In this document: positions 1 through 25,327 of the stretch, piece after piece
Numbering within the stretch: the stretch's first letter is position 1
How the letters are laid out: the number at the start of each line of letters is the position of its first letter
Assembly (NCBI RefSeq): GCF_009914755.1
Contig: NC_060930.1
DNA: 64,000 bases
Reading direction: 5' to 3' (one strand)
From: the human T2T-CHM13v2.0 reference genome, Homo sapiens
The notes under the pieces: model-generated
Seen by the model: only the letters and a program-made list of their open reading frames with translations
The model's database searches: none
What the model was told of the DNA's origin: nothing
Made by a program: the position numbers and the translations under genes

Positions 1-839
1 GTTCCTCAGAGCTTTGGGACCCAGAACTCAGATCTCTTAACCCCTGGAGGTAGAGTTTTCATCCCCTAGATCATGTTTACTTTTCAAAATATAAAAAGGT
101 TGACTCGCACCAACTACAATTAGAATATTTTACTTGTGATTTTATGCTGCCACAAATAATGGAATTGAAACCAAATAAACACTAAATTAACTAAAGAACT
201 GAAAAATAAGATATTTATCCATGTAATTGGCAGCTAAGCACTGCTGGAAATCATATGGTCCATCAAAAGAGAGCTTTTGGCAGCCTGAAGGGAAGATATC
301 AACTTTTTTCACCTTCTGTAAGGTAACACTGAGTATAAATATACCAAATCTTTACTTAATAGGACACATGCAAAGCTTTAACTCATGAGCTGCTACCTTT
401 TTATTTTCATTTTCTGGCTTTCCACCAAAGGAATGTGTGGAAGATGGCTATTAGAGTCATTTGCTCTGCCTAGGGGCTAATTACTCTATTTGGTTCATTT
501 TTGAAAATATTATGTTTCATCCAAGGGCAAAAAATTGATGAAGACTTGTTTCAGGTTTGCTTATGTAATTTTGCACAGATTAAATTAGTTAATCGGAAAT
601 TATGCTAGCTACAAGAGATCAGTTGGTTTCTAAATCTACAGTAGAAAATTGCTTTTTAAAAAATAATTTGAATGGCATGCTGCTTAAATCTAGTTTAGTC
701 AATTCTCTCAGATGTGAGACTTAAGTTTTAATGACCCTAAAGGAAAACTGTGAGGAATGAAAGAATCCACAGATAAAATATTGGAAAGAGTATTCATGTG
801 TGACCCCCTAGAACAAAATGCTACAGGGTCAAAGAATGG

Positions 840-1202
840 AGATATGGTTTGGCTCTGTGGCCTCACTGAAATCTCATCTTGTAGCTCCTATAATTCCCAC
901 GTGTTGTGGGAGATAGAGGGTGGGAGATGACTGAATCGTGGGGGTGGGTCTTTCCCCTGCTGCTGTCGTGATAGTGAATGGGTCTCGTGAGATCTGATGG
1001 TTTAAAAAAACAAGAGTTTCTCTGCACAAGCTCTCTGCCTGCTGCTATTCACATAAGATGTGACTTGCTCCTCCTTGCCTTCTGCCATGATTGTGAGACC
1101 TCCTGAGCCATGTGGAACTATAAGTCCAATAAACCTCTTTCTTTTGTAAATTGCCCAGTCTCCAGTATGTCTTTATCAGCAGCGTGAAAATGGACTAATA
1201 CA
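840..1202 (+). mobile_element. THE1A/B-type MaLR solo LTR
   Basis: (t>a)gatatggtttggct ... gaaaatggactaataca termini; 5-bp TSD aatgg at 835-839 and 1203-1207. Confidence 0.92.
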
Positions 1203-1294
1203 AATGGGATAAGTGAAACTCTGAGGAATCCAGGAAAGAGGTAAGGGGCACCTGGGGATTCCAGGTGAAATATCAGGAGAGAATAACAACCTCT

Positions 1295-1430
1295 AAGCTT
1301 CAATTTCTTCATCTGAAATGGCAGGATCATTATATCCACCTCCCATGGTTTCATGCAAAAAAAATTAATGAAGTGACATGAAAATTCCTGTCCCAATGTC
1401 TGGCACATGATAGTTACTCAATACATTTAA
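1295..1430 (+). mobile_element. MIR fragment
   Basis: Degenerate MIR core (tcaatttcttcatctgaaatgg) and 3' part (tgtctggcacatgatagttactcaata). Confidence 0.6.
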
Positions 1431-1666
1431 GCTCAAGTAAATTAAATATTATGGTTTATCTATCTACCTCTCGTATATAATCTTGTCAGTGAGAATTTTT
1501 TATGACTCCTCAGAGTTTGAGAAGCAGAGACTCTCACAGCACTGTTTGCATTATGATGAGAAAATGGCTGATAATTATTGTTTTGAGCCTGCAGATGCCT
1601 TAAAAAGCCGTTCATTACATCATTTTAAAAAAAAACTTCTAGAAACCAGGAATAGAGGCACTAGAG

Positions 1667-1803
1667 CAGTGGTTCTCAATTCTTGATGTGTATTGGAGCT
1701 TCTAAAAATTACTGATGGCCAGGTCCCACTTATCTGTCCCCCTCAGAAATGGACTTAATTCATCCCCAGGTAATTCTAATGTTCTGTCAACAGTGAGCCC
1801 TGG
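1667..1803. mobile_element. MER5-type hAT-Charlie MITE remnant
   Basis: cagtggttctcaa terminus; ccaggtaattctaatg near the other end. Confidence 0.55.
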
Positions 1804-2153
1804 AGAATTAGATGGTCTAACCTGACAGATATTCGAAAATAAATTAATATATGGTAATCAAAACAAAAGTGTTTATGTTTACTTGTAATTGTGAGCAAGA
1901 CCAAACATTTAAAAATACGAGAGAATTATATAATGATATCACTATATACTCATTATCTAAATGTAATAATTAAACTTGACCATATTTGTGCTATAGATAG
2001 ATAGATATTAAAAAGCTGAAAAAGCTTCAAATAAATCACAGACTTTAACATTTAACCATGAAATATTTCAGTATCCATCTCTTATAAAGGAGGCATTTTC
2101 TTCAAAGCCATAATATTGTTATCACACCTCAAAATTTAGTACTTATGGGGGGA

Positions 2154-3750
<1,597 letters not shown>

Positions 3751-3759
3751 ACTTACGTT

Positions 3760-5240
3760 TTTTAAAGACTTTATTATATATTTTAGAGCAGTTTTAGTTT
3801 CATAGAAAAATTGAACAGATAATACAGGGAGTTCCCATATAGTCCCTACCAATCCCTGCCCCTCAGCATTCCCCACTATCAACATTCTACACCAGAGTGG
3901 TACATTTGTTAAGGTTAATGAGCCTACACTGACACATCATTATCACTCAATGTCCATAGTCTACATTACAGTGTCCATTCTTGGGGTTGTACATTCTATG
4001 GATATGAACAAATGTATAATAACCCATACCCAACACAGTATTATTCAAAGTACTTTCACTGCACTGAAAAATCATCTGTGCTCCACCTGTTCATTCCTCC
4101 CTCTCCCCCAACCCCTGGCAAACACTGATCTCTTTACTGTCTCCATCGTTTTGCCTTTTCTGGACTGTCATATAATTGGAATCATAAATTATGTAGATTT
4201 TTTATATTAAATTTTTTCAGTGCTAAATAATATTCCACTGTCTTGATGCATTAATATTATACCACAGCTTATTTGTCCATTCACCTATTAATGGGCATCC
4301 CGATTGCCTCCAAGTTTTGGCACTTTTGAATAAAGCTGCTATAAACATCTATGCTGAAGTTTTTCTATAAACATAAATGTTTAATTCATTTAAATAAATA
4401 CCAAGCAGTATAATAGCTCTATCATATGATAAGAGTATGTTTAATTTGTAAGAAATTGCCAACATATCTTCCAAAGTAGCTGTACCATTTTGAATGCCTA
4501 CCAGCAATAAATGACACTTCCTGTTGCTTCTCACCCTCACCAGCATTTGGTATTGTCAGTGTTATATTGGATTTTCACCATTCTAATAGGTGTATGGTGG
4601 TATTTCAGTGTTGTTTTAATTTGCAATTCCCTAATGACGTATGATATTGAACATCTTTTCACATACCCATCTGGTTATTTGTTTTCTTATTGTTGAGTTT
4701 TAAGAGTTCTTTTTATGTTTTGGATAACAGTCCTTCATCAGATATACCTTGTGCAAATATTTTCTCCCAGTCTGTGGCTTGTCTTCTCATTCTCTTGAGT
4801 CTTTTGCAGAGCAGATTTTGTTTCAATGAAGTCCAGTTTAGCAGTTATTTGTTTCATAGACTGCGCCTTTGGTGTTGTGTCTCAAAAATCATCATCATAC
4901 TTAAGGTCATCTAGATTTTCTCCAATTTTATCTTCCAGAAGAGTTATAGTTTTGTGTTTTACATTTATGTTTATAATGCATTCTTCAGTTAATTTTGGAG
5001 ATGAGCCCAAAGTCTGTGTCTAGGTTCATTTTTCTGTTTTTTGCATGTGGATGGTGTCCAGTTGTCTTACCACCATTTGCTAAAAAATATATATATTTCT
5101 TTCACTGCATTGCCTCTGCTCCTTTGTCAAAAAAATCAATTGACTATATTTGTGTGGATCTATTTTTAGGCTCCCTATTCTGTTTCATTGATCAGTTTGT
5201 GTATTATTTCACCAATATCACACTGTCTTGATTACTCTGG
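3760..5240 (-). mobile_element. Old L1M (L1MC/L1MD-like) 3' portion
   Basis: agagcagttttag...gaaaaattgaacag L1M 3'UTR signature followed by degenerate ORF2 3' end. Confidence 0.75.
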
Positions 5241-5734
5241 CAGCATTAATTTGTTTTCTATATTTTATAATCCTTTTTCATATTTAAGAGTTTCCCTAAT
5301 TATTCAAAAAAAGTCCTTGGAGAAAATTGTTGTTGGTTTTCTTGAGATAATTATTGGTGGGCCAATGTTAAGAACCTATTAAAGAAAACTTACAATGGAA
5401 GAATGACAATAAATTCCAAAACTTTCATAAACATATTCCACTCTGTAAGAGTCCTAAAGATATACTGAATAAATTTAGCCAACCATAGGAAAGGATCTTG
5501 AGGAAATAACCACTCCAGTGATAATTTTTAAAAAATAAATCAATATGAGGTAAAGATAATCAGGGCTTCTCTATATTATGTTTGCAATTTCCTGTCAATT
5601 AAATCTAAACTCCTGCCTCATATATTGTAGATCTTATATTGTCATCTCATTTACAATTAGTACATTCTAAATATATATGAGTTTAGGAATTCCTGTTCTT
5701 GGCAGGATAGTACTTTTTGCATAACATCTCAAAT

Positions 5735-5826
5735 CTTTGTGAGAATTAAATACATTACTAAACATAAAGCACTTAAAACAATGCCTGGCACATAGTAAGT
5801 TCTACAGAAGTATTAACTATTATTAT
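5735..5826 (+). mobile_element. MIR 3' fragment
   Basis: aaagcacttaaaacaatgcctggcacatagtaag...tattatta. Confidence 0.6.
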
Positions 5827-5864
5827 AAGACAGGAAGAGGTCTTCAATATGTATAAGAATATCT

Positions 5865-8090
<2,226 letters not shown>

Positions 8091-8452
8091 AAGAATATCT
8101 TAGAGGGTTCATGTTAAATCATACATTCTAGGGCTCCTATCACTACTGAGATTATGAGACAGTAAATATGTGTTTATACTCAGGAACATGCATTTTAATT
8201 AGCACCTTAGTTATTCTGACAGAGGTTGATGGATGACATTTAACTGGAAGTGGCACTGGACTTCATCTGAGGAACACCAGAGATAATAATAGGAGAGCCA
8301 TGGTATACCATAAAAACAAAACAGTATGAGAAACGAAAACCCTCAGCCAAATAACAAAGAGATCAATGGGCAATCTTGAAGATCTACTACATACAGAACT
8401 GTTACTTATATACTAGGGTATGGGGAACGGGGACACAGACATAAAATACGAA

Positions 8453-8495
8453 GTTCTCTCTCTCTCTCTCATTCTGTGTGTGTGTATGTGTGTAT

Positions 8496-8526
<31 letters not shown>
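8453..8526. repeat. Compound (TC)n/(TG)n microsatellite
   Basis: Direct reading. Confidence 0.9.
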
Positions 8527-10642
8527 CATGAGCAAACAATGTAATCTCTGCCCTTATAGACTCTGTCACTCCACAGGGGTCTCTAGGCATTAACCTTTGA
8601 AAACTTAAGTAACCATAACAGAGTAAAGGGGTAATGAAAAATAATCATTTTAAAAAATAAATTTTTATTTTTCTACTAAACCTCACAATGAGTTATTTCC
8701 TTAGACACTTGTTTGGAAAAGCATGTGCTTTGCTATCTTCTGACTGTCATTTCTGACTGGAGCTGAGTTGGCTTTTGAATAAATAATAATAACAATATTA
8801 CCGGGTCTATGCTCTTAACCTATATTCATATGGAAATTGCAGTGAAGTAGAGTACAGTATCTCTTTTACAATGTTCTCCAAAATCAATGGACGACCAGGC
8901 AGATTTACGTTTAATTGACTAAACATATATAGATGTGGAGATATAGATAGATAAATAGATAGAGAGATAGATAGGTATAGAGCCATATAGATATATGCTT
9001 ATATATATACATATAATTACTTTTGCCTTTTCTTCTATTGGTAATTAAATTATTTCATAGGAAATGTACACCATTTCTTCACATAAAAGATACAAAAAAA
9101 GAAGTTCTTAAGGAAATGTCCCAATATTAAGTGATTCTAATGAGAAGTTGTAAACAGCTCTTCATTACTAAACAGAAGAAATAATTAAAAATAAAAAATA
9201 AATGAAAATGTTTTTTAAAGCAACATTCTGATCATAGTTTTCCCGAAATTTCTCAGAAGCTACTGGTTTATGTTGAGCACTGTTCATCTTTGCCCTAATT
9301 ATCTCTGGTTTTTACATCATATTTCTGATTCTGACATCAAATCATTGAGGGACCTTGGGAGAGCTTCTTGCAAACACCTCAGTTTCTTTGTTTAAAAATA
9401 AAGGTAGTAATTCTTGACACTGTTATATTTCACGGAGGTATTTCAAAGATTAATGAGCCACAAAAACTCCGAGTTGCTCTGATCAAAGGCACTGTATAAC
9501 TACAAAGGCTTGTTATTATTTACCAGTAGCTCCTTTTTATTGTGCCACTAATGAACATTGTGGTCGGCAATAACATTAAAGAAAAAAATGAAAAGTGAAA
9601 GTTAAGGAGGCTGTTTCTCTTCATATTCAAATATAATTCTTGTTAATATTAATTGGTGTTATGCAGACATTTTGAAAATTGGCTTCCTGCAGCCTACCAG
9701 ATTCTGTTGTAGAATTCTATAAATATACTCAACATCCTGGGTTAGAAGATTGAGCATACTGGGAGTTTTCCTTGGATTTGTGCAAATTCTACATGGAACT
9801 CACATTTTAACAGACATGGAGACGAGACACAGCGTCAAAGCCTTTGCAGTGAGATTATTTTCTCAAATATCTCCTTTTTTATTTTTCATGATCCTCAAGC
9901 AATTTTACTGACAAATTCTCTCTCTCTCATATATTCAGACATAGACACACAAACAGACACACATACACACACACACGTTTCACCTCATTTTTCTTTGAAA
10001 ACGAAGTTAATCAAAACTATTATTTAGAGAAGCTAAGAATTGAATCATTGGTTTTGTTGAAAATTTTCAATCAGGGGAATAAAAATTTATTCTCTGTTTC
10101 TTCTCAAACTATTTTCCATTATACCATCATATACTCTGGCACATTAAACACTCAATGTGAGCAATCCAAATAGTAGCAATGGTAAATATTTAGTACATGT
10201 TTGAAAATAGTTCACCTTTTCCAAATTGATAAATGAAACAATCATTGTGGTACAAATCAGCTTTCAAATGATTGAAACAATTTATAAATATTAGTGATAA
10301 AATAAGTAGTTTTATTTTACTTTGTCCTTCCTAAACGTGCATGTCAAAAAATTCCAGGAATATTCAGAAGCACTTTAGGTCTTTGATAGCAAGAAGGAGT
10401 ACAACTTCACAAGGTTTTGGCAGTCCACCCATCTCTGAGCAGTATTCTTTCTCAGCCTCAGGCTTCTTTGCTATCCAACGCCCTATCTTAAAATAAACAA
10501 AGCACTCAGCAACTAGAAGCACTTCAGCTGAAATGCTTGTGAAACAAGTACATCATTCAGTACTCAGGGTAAATAAATTTTTCATGAGCTAAGATCTATG
10601 TAGAAAAGTTTTCACTAAAATCTAGTGTTTTTTAAGGAAGAG

Positions 10643-10967
10643 TGCTATGGACTGAATTTTGCTCCTCCAAAATTCATATGTTGAAGCCCTAACCTCCAAT
10701 GCAGTCGTATGTGGAGATGAGGCCTTTGGGAGATAATTAGGTTTAGATGAGATCATGAGGGTTTGTCTTTATGAGAAGAGACACCACAGGACTTGCTCCC
10801 TTTCTCTCCCCACCACATGAAGATAGCCATCTACCCGCAACAAAGAGAGCCCTCACCAGAAACTCACCATGCAGGTACCCTGATCTTGGACTTCCAGCCT
10901 CCAGAACTATTGTTTAAGGCCCCCAGTCTGTGGAATTTTGTTATGGTAGCCCAAGGTGATGAATACA
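10643..10967 (+). mobile_element. MLT1A-type MaLR solo LTR
   Basis: tgctatggactgaat...gaataca; TSD aagag at 10638-10642 and 10968-10972. Confidence 0.88.
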
Positions 10968-11636
10968 AAGAGCAGTATCAACAATGTCATAATAACAACA
11001 TAGAGACTGGTGGTTCACTTTGTTGAGTTATAACATTTGAAAACTCTAAGTGAATTCATAACTTTGCAAAGATATAAGTATGTAAGTAAATGGCTCATAT
11101 TTTCTGCAATTATTTCTTTATTCAGTACATTAGATATCAAACACTTGATACATAACAATAAATATTTGCAATTATTTCTGCAAAATGACAGTAAGATATG
11201 ACCAGCTAGACTTTACATAGAAGCAATGTGTTTTTTTAAATGTGGCAAACAGTTTGGGAATCATAGTCTTTTTCAAAGTAGGGGAATGTATATAAGGTAT
11301 AAACTCAATGGTAGGTAAGGAAAGGAGGTCAGTCAAAATTTTCTAATGGTCTGTATTTTTGAAAATAAAGGAATGGAGAAGTGATATCAGCAAATGGTGA
11401 AACAGAAATTATCTGGCTTCATGCCCCCAGCAGAAATCCATCTAGCAACTATCCACAGACAAGAATACCATTATGAATATCCCAGAACTCAGGTATAAGG
11501 CTGAGACATCCCCTTAGACAGCAGAACCAAGAAAGCCACAATCAAATGGCAAAACAAATGGTTCTCTTTGGCCGCGCCACTCCTCCCCCAGGCTGGCACA
11601 GCACTACATACAGAGAATTTCTCTGGATTCACAGTC

Positions 11637-12343
11637 TTATTATTATTATTATTATATTTTAAGTTCTAGGGTACATGTGCACAACATGCAGGTTTGTTAC
11701 ACAGGTATACATGTGCCATGTTGGTTTGCTGCACCCATCAACTCATCATTTACATTAGGTATTTCTCCTAATGCTATCCGTCCCAAGCCCCCCACCCCCG
11801 AACAGGCCCCAGTATGTGATGTTCCCCTTGCTGCATCCATGTGTTCTCATTGTTCAACTCACACTTATGAGTGAGAACGTGCAGTGTTTGGTTTTCTGTC
11901 CTTGGAATATTTTGTTGAGAATGATGGTTTCCAGCTTCATCCATGTCCCTGCAAAGGACATGAACCCATCCTTTTTAATGGCTGCATTGTATTCCACGGT
12001 GTTTATGTGCCACATTTTCTTTATCTAGTCTATTATTGATGGACATTTGGGTTGGTTCCAAGTCTTTGCTATTGTGAATAGTGCTGTAATAAACATACGT
12101 GTGCATGTGTCTTTATAGTAGCATGATTTATAATCCTTTGGATATATACCCAGTAATGGGATTGCTGGGTCAAATAGTATTTCTTGCTCTAGATCCATGA
12201 GGAATCACCACACTGTCTTCCACAATGGTTGAACTAATTTACACTCCCACCAACAGCGTAAAAGCATTCCTATTTCTCCACATCCTCTCCAGCACTTGTG
12301 GTTTCCTGACTTTTGAATGATCGCCTTTCTAACTGGCATGTGA
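11637..12343 (-). mobile_element. 5'-truncated L1PA (about L1PA6-7) nested in the L1MA 5'UTR
   Basis: (TTA)n tail, L1PA 3'UTR and ORF2 end; degenerate TSD ggattcacagtct / gaactcacagttt. Confidence 0.9.
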
Positions 12344-13427
12344 ACTCACAGTTTCTACAGAAAGAACTGTGTCTTATCCATGAGATGAGTCAAAGTGACC
12401 CTCCTGCAAAGTGACCCTTTGTAAAAGCCATGTAAAACATTGAGAATACTGCCAGGGATAAACCACCTGGAAACAAAGAACAAGGGTGGGTCTCATGATG
12501 ACCAGCATGCAGATTTTGATGGTTGCTCTGCATTCCAGCCAATGGAGGCACCACACCAGAGAAAACAGCCAACAGCATCATGTTGGAGGAAACAAGGTCC
12601 ATAGATCTAACAAGCTTGAATTCCTAGCCAGCTTCCTTATGCAACCTGGCTAATCTTGCTAAGTCTTCCCCAGGTCAAAGGGCAACTTCTGGTCTTTTTC
12701 TCTCTTTTCCAGCATCTACCCCTGTCCAAACCTTCCCAAGCAGTGGAGAGATGATCCAACTAAGTCTTAGTGGTCTTGTTAAGTCTCTTCCAAGTCAAGA
12801 GGCAACTGCAGGTTAGTGAGTACTCTTGGAAGTATTATAGAATCTGCCCCCCCGCCCCCATTTCCCAGCTGCTGGGTGATAACTGCATCAAACCTCAGTA
12901 CTCTGTTTCAGCCTATCCTAGTTCTGGAGGCAAGCCCAAGTCCACATATATCTGTGGAACACAGCCTCTGACCCTACTCACTCTGTGTGGCCAAGCAGCA
13001 ACCCCAGAATCCTCATGTAGACTCAAAGCCCATCCCACAGCCCTGCCCAACTACAGATTACAAACGGCAGTACTAGCCAGCCAAGGAAAATGACCTGATC
13101 AGAGAAGATTGCAGAGCCTAGCCAGTAGTCTCACCTAACTACAAAGCACAGCATTCAGTACCATTCAACCTCAGAGCAGATAAAGCAACCCAGCCCAACT
13201 TGAGAACCCAACGCTAAGGTCTGACTCTCTGAGATTTTACCAGCTGGCCCATCTAGAATCCCATGCTAGACTAAATACTAAAGGTCTATCACCATTAAAG
13301 AATACCTGCAAAGGCCAAAGAGGTGGCTACCTCCTCAAATGTACGTTTGTCAAGATATAAATAAAAGGATTATAAAAAATCAGTGAGTTATGACATCACC
13401 AAAATAAACTAGTAAAGTTCCAGTAAT

Positions 13428-14125
13428 TGAAACCAGCTTTGTAAAATTATGACAGTAGAGAAATCTGACATAACTGACTCCATATTGCTTCTAGCACCAC
13501 AGGTTGGCTATCTTTGCTCTTTCTAGGCATAGGCAAGCTAATTTTGGGAGAAATTTTGTTTATAGTTTAAATGATAACAGCCCTTCTCCAAAACTTAACT
13601 GTTGTTCTGAAATTAATGAAAGGCCACCAAGTGACTAGGATGCAAGGGGCTTGAATTCTAAATAATTACCAGCCATTGTTCCAGAGGTCATAAGATTTGC
13701 AACTTCACCAACTACTCTTGCATATAATATCACTATTGTAGAAGCTAAGATTGGCCTTTTGAGATATCTTTTCAGGTTTTTGCATTTCTGACAATCAAAC
13801 GACCTCACTTGGACCTACCAACCAGTCCTGTGGCCCCCACCCAGGAACTGACTTTTGCACAAGAGGCAGCAATGATTCCCTATCATTTCATCTCTAACTC
13901 AACCAATCAGCATATCCCCTACCCTAGCCCCCTGACCACCAACCTATCTTTGAAAAACCCCTAACCTATAAGCCTTTGGGAAGAGTGTTTTCAGTAATAA
14001 CTCCATCTTCCATGTGGCGTGGCCACCCTTGCATCAATTATACTCTTCCTTTACTGCAGTGCCTTAGTCTCAGTGAGTCAATTTTGTTTGTGCAGTGGGC
14101 AGGAAAAACCCATAGTGTGGTTATA
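13428..14125 (+). mobile_element. LTR8-like ERV1 solo LTR inserted in L1MA ORF1
   Basis: tgaaaccagctttgtaaaattatgacag...gactccat...ggttata; 4-bp TSD taat at 13424-13427 and 14126-14129. Confidence 0.82.
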
Positions 14126-16722
14126 TAATGAACCCAGAAAAAAGTGAAGATCCATGAAATGACTAACAAAGAAGTTCAGAGAACTACCAAAAAATACAAA
14201 TACAAAATTAAATAAAATTTGGAAAACATTCATAGACAAAATAAGAAGTTTAATGAATATAAACAATTTTAAAAATTTGAAATCTTAGAGGTAAAGAATA
14301 TAATAATTAAACTGAAACATTCAATAGAAAACTTCAACAGCTGACTTTATCAAGCACTGATGCTTTCTTGAATCAGTGAGCTCAAAGACAGGACATTTGA
14401 AATTATCCAATTAGCAGGGCAAAAAGAAAAGAAGTATTAAAAAGAATAAGGAAGGCATAAAAGAATTATGAGACACCATCAAGTAATTAACCTTTGCATA
14501 AGAATTCCTGAAGGAAGAAAGACAGAAAACGGCCTTGAAAACATTTAAGAAAATAATGGCAGAAAACTTCCCAAATCTTGGGAAAGAAGACAACATGCAG
14601 ATATTAAAAACCCAGAGGTTTCCAATCAAATTCAATCCAGGAGGAGTTTCCAACACACGTCATAATACAATTATCAAAAATCAAAGACAAAGAAATGTGT
14701 CTCACATTCAACAATGGATGGATCATCTAGACAGAAAAGTAATATATAAAAAACTGGACTTGAATTATATTTTAGACCAAATGGATCTAGCAGACATATA
14801 TAGAACATTTGATCCAATAGCAGCAGAATATATATTTTTCTCAAGTACACAGAAAACATTCTCAGGATAGATCATATGTCTGGTCGCAAAACAAATTTTA
14901 ACGAACTTAGGAGCATTGAAATCATATCAAGTATCTTTTTGGATCACAATGGCATAAAACTAGAAATCAGTAACAGAAGAAATAAAAAAATACACAAATA
15001 TGTGGAAATTAAACAACATGTTCCTAAACAAGCAATGAATGGATCACAGCAAAAATCAAAAAGGAAATTAAAAAATATCTTGAGAAAAAAGAAAGTGGAA
15101 GCAAAACATACCAAAAGTTATGAAATACAGCAAAAGCTGTCCTAAGGGGGAAATTTATAGTGTAAACACCTACATCAAAAAAAGAAGATTATAAATAAAC
15201 AATCTAATGTTACACTTTAAGAAATTAGGGGTAAAAACAACAAACTCAGCCCAAAGTTAGCAGATGAAAGGAAATAACAAAGGTCAGAGCAGAATAAAAC
15301 AGATACTAGAAAAACAATTTTAAAAAATCAACCAAACTGAGTTGATTTTTTGAAAAAATAAACAAAATAAACAAACCCTTAGCTAGACTAACTAGGGAAA
15401 AAAAGAGAAGACTCAAATAAATGAGATCAGAAGGAAAGAGGAGACATTACAAGTTATATCAAAGAAATACAAATAATTATTTATAATTACTACAAATAAT
15501 TATACACCAAGAAGTTGGATAACCTAGAAGAAATCGATAAACTCCTAAACACATACAATCTACTAAAACTGAATCATGAAGAAATAAAAACATCTGAAAA
15601 GACCAATAACTACTGAAGAGGTTGAATCAGTAATAATAGGTCTCCTATCAAAGAAAAACCCAGGACTGATGGCTTCATTGTTGAGCCCCTTCTACCAAAC
15701 ATTTAAAGAAATAATACCAACTCTTCTCAAAAATCTTCCAAAAAATTGAAGTAGAGAAAATACTTCCAAACTCATTTCCTGAGGCTAACATAACCCTAAT
15801 ATGAAAGCCAGACAAGGACATTAGAAGAAAAGACAATTATAAGCCGATATCCCTGATTAACATAGATGCAAAAATCCTCAACAAAATAGTAGTAAACTGA
15901 ATTCACTAACACATTAAAGCGGTCTTTCACCATGATCAAGTGGGATTTATCCCTGGAATGCAAGAATGGTTCAACATACACAAATCAATAAAGGTGATAC
16001 CCCGTATTAACAAAATGAAGGATAAAAACCATATGATTATCTCATTAGATGCAGAAAAACATTTTTTAAAAATTAACACCCTTTTATGGTTAAAAATCAT
16101 GAACATATAAGTATAAAGGGAATGTACTTCAAGACAATAAAGCCCATATATGATAAACCTATAACTAGCATTATTCCAGAGATAAAAAGCTAAAAGCTTT
16201 TCTTCTAAGATCAAAGATAAGACAAGGATGCCTACTCTCACCACTTCTTTTCTACATAGCACTGGAAGTCCTAGCCAGAAAAATTAAACAGCAGAAAGAA
16301 ATAAAACGCATCGTAATAGGAAAAGAAGAAGTAAAATTATCTCTATTTGCTGATGTTATATATAGGAAACCCTAAAGACTCCACCAAAAAACTGTCAGAA
16401 CAGACAATTTCAGTAAACTTGCAGGATATAAAATCAACATAAGAAAATCAGTTGTCCTTCTACATGTTAATAATGACCTATCAAAAAAGAAACTAGAAAA
16501 CAATTCCATTTACAATAGCAACAAAAAATTAAATACTTGGGCATAAATTTAGCCAAAGGTGCAAAGACATGCGTACTGAAACCTACAAAAAACTGACGAA
16601 AGTAATTAAAGAAAACATGAACAAATGGAAAGATACACCATGTTTATGGACATAAAGAATTAATATTGAAAAAATGTCTATACTACACAAAGTAATATAC
16701 AGATAAAATGCAATCCATATCA

Positions 16723-16899
<177 letters not shown>

Positions 16900-17002
16900 T
16901 CAATGTCATTTTTATAGAAATAGAAAATTTTCATGGAACCACAAAAGACTTCAAATAGCCAGACAATCTTGAGCAAAAAAAAAAAAAAAAAAAGGATCTA
17001 TA

Positions 17003-23130
<6,128 letters not shown>

Positions 23131-24561
23131 AGCTAGAGGCATCATACTTCCGGATTTTAAAACATATTGTAAAGTGGTTGTAATAAAAACAGCATGGTAC
23201 TAGCATAAAAACAGACACATCAATCAGTGGAACAGGATAAAAACCTCAGAAATAAACCCAGGTATTTTAAGGTCAACTGATTTTTGACAAAGGTGCTAGG
23301 AACACACAATGAAGAAATGACAGTCTCTTCAATAAATGGTATTGGGAAACCTGGATATCCATATGCAGAAGAATAAAATTAAACACTTAGCTTAAACCAT
23401 ATTTAAAAATCAACCCAAAATAGATTCAAGACTTAAATATAAAACCTGCAACCATAAAACTACTGGAAGAAAACATAGGGGAAAATATCCACAACATTGG
23501 TCTCGGCAATGATTTTTTGGATATGACCCTGAAAGCACAAGAGCACAGGCAACAAAAGAAAAAACAGACAAATGAGATGGCATCAAACTAAAAAAGCTTC
23601 TGCACAGCAAAGGAAGCAACCAAGTAAAGAGACAACCCATACAACAGAAGTAAATATTTGCAAGCCGTACACCTGATAAGGACTTAATAGATAAGAATGT
23701 AAACTAGTGCAACCATTACAGAAAATTGTATACAAGTTCCTCAAAAAACTAAAATCAGAATTACCATATGATTAAATAATCTCACTTCTGGGTACATATA
23801 CAAAGAAACTGAAATCAGTCTGTTGAGGAGATATCTGTAGTCTCATGTTTATTGCAACATTCTTCACAATAGCCAAGAAATGGCATCAACCTAAGCATCT
23901 GTCAATGAATAAATGGACTTTAAAAATGTGGTATATATACACAATGGAGTACTATTCAGCCTTAAAAAAAGAGGGAAACTCTGTCATTTGTGACAACCTG
24001 GGAGAACCAGAAGGACATTATGTTAAGTGGAATAAGCCAGGCACAGAAATTCAAATACTACATGATCTCACTTTTATGAAAGTCAAACTCATAGAAGTAG
24101 AAAGTTGAATACTGGTTACCAGAAGGTGAGGGAGGGGAAAAATAGAGGAGAGATGTTGATCAAAGGGTACAAAGTTTCAAATAGGCAGGAGGAATAGGTT
24201 TTGAGACGTATTGTACAGCAGGGTGACTACTGTCAATAATAATGTATTATATATTTCAAAATAAGAGCAAATTTCAAATGTATCATCATTAAAAAAGACA
24301 GATAAGCTACAGGACAGCTACATTAATTAGCCTTGTTTAATTCTGCCACATTGTATTCACATATCAAAACATCACACTGAGCCCTGTAAATGTACAAAAT
24401 TTTGTTTGTTAATCAAAAATAATATTAATATTTTTTAAATAAAGGGATGATTATTTTGTAATTTAGTCTGCACTGGGCATTGTTTTCCCAGTTTAATTGC
24501 TAGGAAGACCACTGAGTCTTCGAGCTATTGTAAATATTTCCCAACTTTGTTTTTCTTGGTT

Positions 24562-25037
24562 TGTGATGGTTAAATTGACATGTCAACCTGACTGGGCTAA
24601 GGGATACCCTGATAGCTGGCAAAACATTATTTCTGAGTGTGTCTGTGAGCATATTTTCAGAAGAGACTAGCATTTGAATCAGTAGACTGAGTTATAAAGA
24701 TAGCCTTCGCCAGTGTGGGTGGGCAGCATCTAACCCATTGAGGGCTGGAATAGAACAAAAAGCAAGAGGAATGGTGAATTCACTCTGTTTGAGCTAGGAC
24801 ATCCATCTTTTCCTGCTCTCAGACAACAGAGCTCCTGGTTTCGTGGTCTTTGAACTCCCAGACTTACTTGGAGACTCTAGCAGCCCCACCACCGCTATCC
24901 CTGGATCTCAGTGTTTGGACTCAAACTGGGAATCACACCATCAGCTTCCTCTGGTTCCAGGTTGCAGACAGCACTTGATGGGACTTTTTGGCCTCCATAA
25001 TCGTGTGAGCAAATTCCTATAATAAATGTCCTCATAG

Positions 25038-25075
<38 letters not shown>

Positions 25076-25117
25076 ATTCTATTGGTTTTGTTTCTCCATA
25101 GAACCCTGGCTTATAAA
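24562..25117 (+). mobile_element. MLT2B-like ERVL solo LTR containing (TG)18 at 25039-25074
   Basis: tgtgatggtta...tgtcaacctgactggg; TSD tggtt at 24557-24561 and 25118-25122. Confidence 0.88.
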
Positions 25118-25327
25118 TGGTTTACCAAATACAGATGAAATAATGTGATCAATTGCCTCATAAAATATGTTGGTCCATATTCTACTATAATTTCAAGTAT
25201 GTGAAAATCACTTAATTGGCCTGAGAATGTCACTTCCTCCAAAAAGTAAAGTGGCAGATGATTGATAGAAAATTTTATATTAAAAAGCCATATTTTTTAA
25301 AAACTGTGTACCCTGTGATGATTAAAA